Assembly: GCA_050740975.1 (NCBI GenBank) | Contig: JBOIEE010000334.1 | Coordinates: 1 to 42,007, forward strand | Origin: Gammaproteobacteria bacterium | GTDB taxonomy: Bacteria; Pseudomonadota; Gammaproteobacteria; JBOHHR01 | Reading direction: 5' to 3' | DNA: 42,007 bases | In this document: in pieces, positions 16,736 through 23,797 of the stretch | Position numbering within the stretch: position 1 is the stretch's first letter | How the letters are laid out: each line of letters opens with the position of its first letter | Program-made: the position numbers and the translations under genes | The notes under the pieces: model-generated | What the model was told of the DNA's origin: nothing | Database searches by the model: none | The model's input: only the letters and a program-made list of their open reading frames with translations

Positions 16736-17842
16736 ATGGGAAACGTATCCTGGTTTACGTACGAATGTATTTTTGGATCCGTGCACCATCTGAAGGCAAT
16801 TGAATTTATTAATGAGAAGGAGAACCAAAGACTTGAGGGCTTTTACCGGGCACTTCCAAACGTCAGAGCGGAGGTATCTCCCGACGTTTCGAGCGCAATC
16901 GGCCGCTTCTTGACAACGAGTGAGATCTCCCTGGCAGATAACGAACGGCTAGAGCGGTGCTTGGCAGACCTGCTTATGAATAACATGCATCGATATCTTC
17001 GAGAAGAAGGTCCGGTTCTACTCGTGGAGGGACCCCCGCTCTCAAAACTGATTGGGCGCATTGGTTACCGGTACCCGCGCCCCGAAGTGACCATTGCGTT
17101 TGTCACAATTCGACCAGAATACCTACCCCAGCCTGGTGGGGCATCGGTGATGTCGGATGGTTGGAACGGTCCTTTCCCGGGGTTACAGGAAGATACGGTC
17201 CGAAGGACATATTTCCGATACAAACCAATTCCTATACGACTGGACATTTTCGCACAGGGATTGCAACGGTTCCGTCCGCTATGCAAAAAGGGAGGTGTCC
17301 CCATGGGCGTTACAGCAAAACTGAGGGCAATTTCTGAAGATGTCCTAAAGTTCGCGGATTATCTGAATCAGCGAGAGGCCCAAAGCCAGCCGAGATATAT
17401 TGCCGGACAACCGAAGAGGTTCACTCCTGTCGCAGACGAGGGTACGATCAATGAAAACTTAGCGGAGGCAGCGAGAGGTGGCAAGGCCGATGCTAGTAGC
17501 AAGAAGAGGGAACCTCGAACACCCAATCGGTCGACCGATCCATCAGTGGAGCGGGGAAAACGCGACCTCGTCAGGGCCCTCACCTCTGTTCCCGAGGACG
17601 CAATCCTCGATACGATCTTTGACAAAACGGACCGGCACATTAGGAAGGCTAACGGCGACCTGGTTAAGCAGTTTTTGGCAGAGAGGGGACTTGGAACAAT
17701 AGACGAAAAGCAGAACAAACAATTGTTGATATTTGTACAGAAAAGAATTATCGAGGAGCGCAAGGAGCGGCCATATAGATTGACTGTTCAGGACTTGGAA
17801 AGATGGTATGCAGAATTTAAGGGAGACGAGGGACGGAGCTAG
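16736..17842 (+). CDS. Hypothetical protein with no recognisable motif (middle gene of the operon)
   Basis: ATG at 16736 preceded by AGGAGG (16725-16730), 17 nt after the gene 1 stop. 368 aa, with a charged Lys/Arg/Glu-rich C-terminal third. Confidence 0.7.
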   Translation: MGNVSWFTYECIFGSVHHLKAIEFINEKENQRLEGFYRALPNVRAEVSPDVSSAIGRFLTTSEISLADNERLERCLADLLMNNMHRYLREEGPVLLVEGPPLSKLIGRIGYRYPRPEVTIAFVTIRPEYLPQPGGASVMSDGWNGPFPGLQEDTVRRTYFRYKPIPIRLDIFAQGLQRFRPLCKKGGVPMGVTAKLRAISEDVLKFADYLNQREAQSQPRYIAGQPKRFTPVADEGTINENLAEAARGGKADASSKKREPRTPNRSTDPSVERGKRDLVRALTSVPEDAILDTIFDKTDRHIRKANGDLVKQFLAERGLGTIDEKQNKQLLIFVQKRIIEERKERPYRLTVQDLERWYAEFKGDEGRS

Positions 17843-17844
17843 GC

Positions 17845-18732
17845 GTGCGCTATAGAAGCGAGCGAGTGCTAACCTTTTCACGCTATTGGGGTGCGCCACA
17901 CCCTGTCATCGCGATGGAGAGGGCCATCGACGCTGCTTTTCCCGACCTCGACCGAATGCAGCCACCAATCGATCTTCGGAAACTGGGAGAGCGTAGGGGT
18001 ATCAAAGTTGTCGAGCGCCCAATCGACGCTGATGGCCTTATTTTTCGGGCCGAAGATGAAGGATATGTAGTCGTCCTAAACACGCGTGCCCAAGAGGAGC
18101 GGCGGCGTTTTACCCTTGCACATGAGATTGCTCACACTTTTTTCTTTGACGCGGAAGGCTGCCGCGGCTATGAAACTACAGCGAGTCGCGGTGAAGTCAG
18201 ACGCGAGGTTGATCCAGAGGAAGAGCATTTATGCGATTATGGGGCAGCCAAGATCCTAATGCCTAAGGGATTAATCGCGCCGCTGCTCGACACATTTGGG
18301 CCAAGTGCCCATTTTGTTGTTCAGGTCGCGAGAACGTTCAAGGTGTCAATGCGGGCTAGTGCGCGGCATCTGGTTAAGATTAGCGATACAAAGATTGTAG
18401 TGGGATATTGGGAATATCGAGCCTCGCGTGGGCAGTTCGAGACATCGTGGGTAGAGGGGCGAGAGACCGCCAAAGGCAGAAGGGCGATGGCAGTGGGAAA
18501 AGACCAGCCAATATTCGACGACTTCCTAGCAGCGCAGGATTTTCGTGGTAGGAGATGGATGTCTTTGGGAGGGGACCTACAGCATTATTTTGTGGATGCA
18601 GTGTTCCTGAAGGGTACGCCGCGACGATGGCTTACTGAGATTGTGCTTGATCCCATCGCCGAGAGGGGGTTTGTGGGGCGATCGACGCGGATAGCAGGTT
18701 TAAGTGGCGAGGTTCCTGGCCACCTGCGTTAG
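17845..18732 (+). CDS. ImmA/IrrE-family (COG2856, peptidase M78-like) zinc metalloprotease
   Basis: HEIAH (aa 93-97, nt 18121-18135) followed by EEEHLCDYGAAKILMP, the family's third-ligand / FA..LLMP-like motif. GTG start 2 nt after the gene 2 stop (alternative ATG at 17914). I see no HTH domain. Confidence 0.8.
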   Translation: MRYRSERVLTFSRYWGAPHPVIAMERAIDAAFPDLDRMQPPIDLRKLGERRGIKVVERPIDADGLIFRAEDEGYVVVLNTRAQEERRRFTLAHEIAHTFFFDAEGCRGYETTASRGEVRREVDPEEEHLCDYGAAKILMPKGLIAPLLDTFGPSAHFVVQVARTFKVSMRASARHLVKISDTKIVVGYWEYRASRGQFETSWVEGRETAKGRRAMAVGKDQPIFDDFLAAQDFRGRRWMSLGGDLQHYFVDAVFLKGTPRRWLTEIVLDPIAERGFVGRSTRIAGLSGEVPGHLR

Positions 18733-18812
18733 CGCTCCCGCGGCGCTACAGTAAATGTCTGCCGTGTAACTACGGCGACCAAAGGTTCGGGCTTTCGCAT
18801 CGCGGCGAGCAC

Positions 18813-18864
18813 CCCGTAGGTTGGAGGAGGTGCGAATGATTTCGGGGGGCGAGGTGGGCGGAGG
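18813..18864 (+). repeat. Right 52-bp direct repeat (attR-like) of the islet
   Basis: cccgtaggttggaggaggtgcgaatgatttcggggggcgaggtgggcggagg. Flanking sequence on both sides is unrelated to that around the left copy. Confidence 0.8.
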
Positions 18865-18931
18865 AGCCGGTAGCCGCCCCCGGCCGAAGTTTGCGCTGTT
18901 TGGAAGTAAAGAGAGCGCGTCCGCCGGGCCC

Positions 18932-19057
18932 TCACGTTTTCACGGTTGTCACACGGCACGCCACAATTCCAAAGAGAACAATCGCGCCGCCAAGCGACTG
19001 CTGTACGCTAAAAGGTTCAGCCAACAGCACCCAGGCAAACACTGCGGCTGCGGCCGG
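18932..19057 (-). pseudogene. C-terminal relic of a DMT/EamA-family transporter
   Basis: Minus-strand 42 codons, PAAAAVFAWVLLAEPFSVQQSLGGAIVLFGIVACRVTTVKT*, match the last TM helix pattern of EamA transporters (..LGE..S..Q..GG..I..G). Preceded by an in-frame stop, with no gene body. Confidence 0.45.
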
Positions 19058-19101
19058 CTAGCGTCTTAGCTGATCAAGCGACTCTATGGCGCAGGGGTAA
19101 A

Positions 19102-20580
19102 TCAGGCCCGCTGTCCGCCGCCGTTCCAAGCTAGCAGATTCAAGAACTCGCGGCGCGTCTTCGGGCCATGGGTGCGGAAGTGGGGGTCCGGTGCCTCGCG
19201 ATAAGCCAACCGCTCCTGGGCGATACCATCGCGCGCCGCGCGTTTTTTCATCTCATCGGCGCTGATAGGATAGGGCCGCAGTGCGTTCAGCCCGAATACC
19301 TTGGCACGCAGCTCGGGCGTGATCTCAAGGTAGCCGTGTTGCTCGCGAAGCTCGTTGGCGATTTGAAAGGTCCGGAAGGCCTGGATCTGGTCTTGCGGCG
19401 AGCCATACCAGATGGAATCGGTGCCCCACAACACGTTGTCCTGCCCGACATAGTTAAAGAGCTTGCCGAGCGCATGCGCCGCACTCTGCGGGTCGCGCAT
19501 CAAATAGCGCCAGGTACTACCGAGCTCCGCATACACGTTGCTGTTCGGCGGCAGGTCATTCTCGACGACGGTCTTGATTAACGAATCGATGCCTTCGTTG
19601 CGTGCGGGGTCGTAAGGCCCTTCGGCCTGGCCGGGCACGAATCCGGGGTGGTAGATAAGAAAGTTGACATCCGGGTAGCGCCTGGCGACGACACCGATGT
19701 CGTCGCACAGTGAATGCGCATAGGATTTCCGGCCGAAGGGAATACCCTTGTGTACGCAGATGTTCTTGATGCTGAGCTTGCGCGCCCGCTCGATGAAGGC
19801 CAGCCCCACCTCGTCACTCAGAAAAAAGCCCCGCCCCTCCGGGCCCCATTGGGTGTAGGTCTTCCAGGCAGACACCTTCCAGCGCTCGGCCAATTCGTCC
19901 ATGCCTTGCAGATCGCCGTCCTGATTCGGGTTCACGCGCCCGTGCAGGAGTAGCCTATGTGCGCCGCCCATCCTCTCCACGATCCGGGCCGTGGCTGCCG
20001 CTTCTTCGATGGCGAGAGGCTCGGCGTCGCGATGTGAGGGCACGAAGGACAGCACCATCATGTCCGTGTCGGAATCCAGAAAGACGTCTTTGATGAACTC
20101 CTCCTCGCCCAGGCACAGCAGGTAGCTGTGCTCACCCGGCCTATCGGCCAAGTGGCAACTTGCCTTGGGCGCCCACTTGAACCGTCCGCTGCCGGGCGGC
20201 TCATTTTTCAGCCATGCGCCCCTGGGATTCACGTAATGGCCCTGCACGTCGAAAATGAACTCGCTACCTTCAAGCGCTGCGGCCGCGACCTCCCGATCGA
20301 GGGCGGCTTCCTTGGCGACATCAAAGAACCCACCGCCACGCCCCGCGGCTGCATAGGCCGCGTTCATTGCGAGCAAGGTGGACGCCGCTCCACCGGCCGA
20401 GATCAAAAAATTCCGGCGCCCAACGCCGCAACGCTTGGCGTTCCCCGTGGCGGCCTCATGAGCCAGGCGCCGCGCCTGCCGGTGCACCGACTCAAGCGGT
20501 ATGGGGGCGAATTCGCCGTTGGTCGTGGTATCCAACTTGATGGGCAGGCGGCGCCCTTCGGGATCGTGTGGCTGAGTCAT
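19102..20580 (-). CDS. Amidohydrolase-family (metal-dependent TIM-barrel hydrolase) protein with Tat-type signal motif
   Basis: GRRNFLISAGGAASTLLAMNAAYAA twin-arginine motif at aa 54-78 of the track ORF. The body resembles Amidohydro_2-type hydrolases. The true start may be the internal GTG (VHRQARR..). Confidence 0.7.
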   Translation of the reverse strand: MTQPHDPEGRRLPIKLDTTTNGEFAPIPLESVHRQARRLAHEAATGNAKRCGVGRRNFLISAGGAASTLLAMNAAYAAAGRGGGFFDVAKEAALDREVAAAALEGSEFIFDVQGHYVNPRGAWLKNEPPGSGRFKWAPKASCHLADRPGEHSYLLCLGEEEFIKDVFLDSDTDMMVLSFVPSHRDAEPLAIEEAAATARIVERMGGAHRLLLHGRVNPNQDGDLQGMDELAERWKVSAWKTYTQWGPEGRGFFLSDEVGLAFIERARKLSIKNICVHKGIPFGRKSYAHSLCDDIGVVARRYPDVNFLIYHPGFVPGQAEGPYDPARNEGIDSLIKTVVENDLPPNSNVYAELGSTWRYLMRDPQSAAHALGKLFNYVGQDNVLWGTDSIWYGSPQDQIQAFRTFQIANELREQHGYLEITPELRAKVFGLNALRPYPISADEMKKRAARDGIAQERLAYREAPDPHFRTHGPKTRREFLNLLAWNGGGQRA

Positions 20581-20707
20581 TTCGTTCTTCCCAGCGGGGT
20601 GTGTGGCCTAATTCCGAATTCTACGGCAATGTACCCATTAACGGCAGTTTTATGAATCCTCGACCACCAGTAAAGCACTAATAAGCATCTCGGAAAGGAG
20701 CTGTGTC

Positions 20708-21309
20708 ATGCAAGAAATCGCGAGCGACATCTTCACCTGGTCTTGGTTTTCCGAGCCCCACGGCTACGATTTCAACGGCCACTTCATTCGCCACTCGGAG
20801 GGTAACCTTTGCATCGACCCGGTTCAGCCCAGCGAAGAAGACCTGGAGACGATCACGCGGCTAGGGGTCGCGCAGATCCTGCTCACCAACCGCAACCACA
20901 CGCGTGCGGCCAAGTTGGTGCGGCTGCGCACTGGGGCAAAAGCGGCCATCCACCCGGATGACGCGCACCACGCCCGTAGCCAGGGGGCCGAGATCGATGA
21001 GGCGTTGCGGGTTGGCGAACAAATAGGTCCGCTCGAGGTGATCGGCGTCCCGGGGAAGTCGCCGGGTGAGGTCGCATTCTACTGGCGGGCGCGTCGGGTC
21101 CTGATCGTGGGAGATGCGGTGATCGGCAATCCGCTCGGACGCTGCGGACTGCTCCGGGAGCAGGTCATGGGGATCCGGTGCGTTTGAGGCAAAGCGTGCG
21201 TAACTTGCTGGATCTGGACTTCGACACGCTGCTTGTGGGAGACGGCGTATCCATTCTCCAGGGGGCGAAGGACGGGCTTAGGGCGCTGGTGGATAGGTTT
21301 CCGGATTGA
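20708..21309 (+). pseudogene. MBL-fold metallo-hydrolase, frameshifted near its 3' end (or a sequencing indel)
   Basis: ORF 20708-21187 stops early. The conserved tail GDPVRLRQSVRNLLDLDFDTLLVGDGVSILQGAKDGLRALVDRFPD* continues in the -1 frame from the GGGG run at 21169-21172 to 21309. The 602-nt span is not a multiple of 3. Confidence 0.7.
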
Positions 21310-21476
21310 TGGCGGCGCCGTGGCTGGAAACTGGAACTCTCCCTTTCTCGACCGCACCGGTTGGGAAAAGAGCGTCAAGAAGATGGTCCATGTGATGGGC
21401 GCCCCCATACCCGAGCAGGATCTCACCAAGAAATTTCGCTTCGTAACGCCTTGTTTCGGCTCGTACCACATCGGTT

Positions 21477-21504
21477 TTGCGGACCAGGGGGCTACGGATA
21501 TAAT
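21477..21504 (+). promoter_or_regulatory. Candidate sigma70 promoter of the second antitoxin gene (possibly a leaderless transcript)
   Basis: TTGCGG (21477-21482), a 16-nt spacer, then consensus TATAAT (21499-21504). The ATG at 21512 is only 7 nt downstream and no SD is present. Confidence 0.4.
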
Positions 21505-21511
21505 TTAACTC

Positions 21512-21742
21512 ATGGGTGCTACCTTTGAAGAACTGGAAAAGCAAGCCCGAGCGTTGAGCCCGAAAGAGAAAGCTGCCCTTGCACGCATTCTCATTGATGA
21601 GCTAGATACCTCGGTCGACCCGGACGCCGAAGAGCTGTGGATTGAAGAAGCTCAGCGGCGGTATGACGCCTTTATAAGGGGCGAGCTTCAGGACCTCCCC
21701 GGTGACGAGGTAATGCGTAGGGTTCGTAGCCGCCTCAAATGA
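21512..21742 (+). CDS. Type II antitoxin, same TIGR02574-like family as 1129-1362
   Basis: LS.KEKA.LA..LI.ELD.....D.E.LW.EEAQRRY......G aligns with the 1129-1362 product. ATGA overlap with the truncated toxin. Confidence 0.8.
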   Translation: MGATFEELEKQARALSPKEKAALARILIDELDTSVDPDAEELWIEEAQRRYDAFIRGELQDLPGDEVMRRVRSRLK

Positions 21743-21802
21743 TCGGCTATCGGTATCTTCCTCCGGCGGAGGAAGAAATGACCGAAGCATCCCTCTGGGG
21801 GA
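21739..21802 (+). pseudogene. 5' stub of a ParE/RelE toxin gene
   Basis: YRYLPPAEEEMTEASLW resembles AELHPEAEKEFIEASLFY of the intact toxin. Homology ends at ~21802, where unrelated duplicated sequence begins. Confidence 0.5.
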
Positions 21803-21897
21803 TTTTTGACTGTGGAAGACGGGATCGATGGAATCGAACGATGGACAATGGAGAAGCCCCTTGGATGTCTCCGAAGGAATGCGACAATTTCGGTACC
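21803..21897 (+). repeat. Diverged duplicate of the 5' region of the decarboxylase gene (copy of 41665-41757)
   Basis: tttttgactgtgg..gggatcgatggaatcgaa..ggatgtctcc..ggtacc is shared with 41665-41757. The minus-frame translations of both contain CPSFDSIDP. Confidence 0.6.
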
Positions 21898-22146
21898 TCA
21901 ACACGGACTTCGCTAAATTTTGTTTCACGTTTGCTCGGTGAATTATTTACATCACAATCCCACTTAACCTTGATACACTAGCGACGTTTAGGTGGATCAA
22001 TGATTCCTTAGAAAAAACGCATTATTTCCTCCCCCCTCATGGGCTCCAAAGCGACTTTATTAAATTCTTTTCAGACCTCCTAGGCGTGGGAGGGATTTAA
22101 GGGGGAGGGAGCATTCTAGAAGCATAATTTCGTGGAGGTCTAAAAA

Positions 22147-23628
22147 ATGCCCCAGAAGAAAAGTCTCATTCTAATCCTATTGACCGGCTCTTTGGCTTTG
22201 TTGATGGCGGGTTGTCCACAGCCACCAGGACCCCCGGAAATAAAGATCACCACGTCCTCGCCGTTGCCGCAGGGCAAGGTGGGGGAACGCTATAAAGCCC
22301 GATTTATGGCGACCGGTGGACAGGCGCCGTATACGTGGTCAGGCGGTCCCCCGGCAGGTTTAGGCTTAAGCCTGAAGGCCGATGGTAAACTAACGGGGAC
22401 ACCCACAAAGGCGGGTAGCTTTAAGTTTGACGTCAAGGTGACCGACTACGCGAATCGGTCTGTCACGAAGAACTTCCAGCTCAAAGTCAAGGTCGTCGAT
22501 GGCCGTTGTGCGATCACGACCACCTCTTCGTTGCCCAACGGGACGGTAGGGCAGACTTATGGGCCGGTCACCCTGCAGGCGAGTAGTGGTTGCAAACCTC
22601 CGCTGACCTGGTCGGTGGGCGCGGGGGCACTGCCTCCGGGCTTAACGCTGAACGCCCAAAGCGGTGTCATCGGTGGAACGCCCACTCAGGCGGGCACCTT
22701 CAACTTTACCATCAAGGTGACCGACAGCACCGGACAATCTGACACTAATGGCTTGCAGATCACAATTACCACAAACGGCCCGGAGTGTGAGATCGCGACC
22801 TCCTTGCTGCCGAACGGGACGGTGAACCAGTCTTATCCGGCGGTAACGCTGCAGACGAGGAATTGCACGCCACCGCTGACCTGGTCGGTGAGCGCAGGGG
22901 CCCTGCCTCCGGGCTTAAGGTTGAACGCCCAAGCCGGGGTTATCGACGGGACCCCAAGTCAGGCGGACACCTTCAACTTTGCCGTCAGGGTGAGCAGCGC
23001 AGGCCAGTTGGACACCCAAGACCTCCAGATCACGATAGGGCCGCCGGTCGCGGTTTGTGAGATCACGACCACCTCACCCTTGCCTGACGGGAGGGTAAAC
23101 CAGCCTTACCCGCCGCAAACCTTGCGCACGACGGGTTGCACGGCGCCGCTGACCTGGTCGGTGAGTGCGGGGGCACTGCCTCCGGGCTTAAACCTGAACG
23201 CACAAACGGGTGTCATCGGCGGCACAGCCACTGGGGACGGCACCTTCAACTTTACCGTTAGGGTGACCGACAGCGCGAGTCCGGCCCAGTCCGACACCGA
23301 AGGCTTTCGGATTGTGATCGAAGGTCGGGTATGTGGAACCCATACGGTAAGTATGAATAATCTTCAATTTATACCGCGCACATTGACCGTAAGGGCTTGT
23401 GAGACAGTGAATTGGGTGCATAATCAACCGGGTGTTCCCCATACTGTGACAAGTGATACCGGCGTATTCGAAAATGGAACAGTGGCTAATCCTATGGTGT
23501 TCCAGCAAACCTTCTCTCATACCTTTGCTAACCCTGGGACATTCCCCTATCACTGTAGGATCCATGGGGCGCCAGGTGGAAATCCAGCCCTAATGACCGG
23601 AAGTATCACGGTAAATCCTAATCCGTAG
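22147..23628 (+). CDS. Lipoprotein with four Ig-like (He_PIG/cadherin-like) repeats and a C-terminal type-1 copper cupredoxin domain
   Basis: Signal and lipobox LALLMAGC. Repeats carry LP.G.V.Q.Y....L...G...PLTWS...GALPPGL.LN...G.I.GTP...GTFNF...VTDS. C-terminal HTVTSD...YHCRIHG...........M gives the His/Cys/His/Met ligand set. Confidence 0.8.
   Translation: MPQKKSLILILLTGSLALLMAGCPQPPGPPEIKITTSSPLPQGKVGERYKARFMATGGQAPYTWSGGPPAGLGLSLKADGKLTGTPTKAGSFKFDVKVTDYANRSVTKNFQLKVKVVDGRCAITTTSSLPNGTVGQTYGPVTLQASSGCKPPLTWSVGAGALPPGLTLNAQSGVIGGTPTQAGTFNFTIKVTDSTGQSDTNGLQITITTNGPECEIATSLLPNGTVNQSYPAVTLQTRNCTPPLTWSVSAGALPPGLRLNAQAGVIDGTPSQADTFNFAVRVSSAGQLDTQDLQITIGPPVAVCEITTTSPLPDGRVNQPYPPQTLRTTGCTAPLTWSVSAGALPPGLNLNAQTGVIGGTATGDGTFNFTVRVTDSASPAQSDTEGFRIVIEGRVCGTHTVSMNNLQFIPRTLTVRACETVNWVHNQPGVPHTVTSDTGVFENGTVANPMVFQQTFSHTFANPGTFPYHCRIHGAPGGNPALMTGSITVNPNP
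22492..23328 (+). repeat. Three tandem ~93-codon intragenic repeats, conserved at the DNA level
   Basis: The core ccgctgacctggtcggtg occurs at 22600, 22873 and 23146 (spacing 273 and 273 nt), each followed by the near-identical g.gc.gggg.c.ctgcctccgggcttaa. Confidence 0.8.
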
Positions 23629-23797
23629 AAAACGGTGTAGCGGTTATCCAGGGTCCACTTGCAGGGTGAAGGTCTTATGATCCCTATGCGGTGGACCCTG
23701 GAACGCCGGCCCAGTTAGAACGGGAAGAGAAGAGGCACCAGTGCCCCTGACACTAAAAGAGGGTTTGCCTGTGCATCTTGCAAAGAGGAGGGAAATA

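Noticed and set aside
13566-18864. Search for an integrase, recombinase or transposase inside the repeat-bounded islet
   Set aside because: None of the six-frame ORFs in the islet shows tyrosine/serine recombinase or DDE motifs. The mobility mechanism therefore remains unexplained, and I do not claim the islet is an active mobile element.
22492-23328. Regularly spaced 273-nt repeats, considered as a possible CRISPR-like or non-coding array
   Set aside because: The repeats are in frame within a long ORF and encode Ig-like protein domains. The period is far too long for CRISPR and there are no unique spacers.
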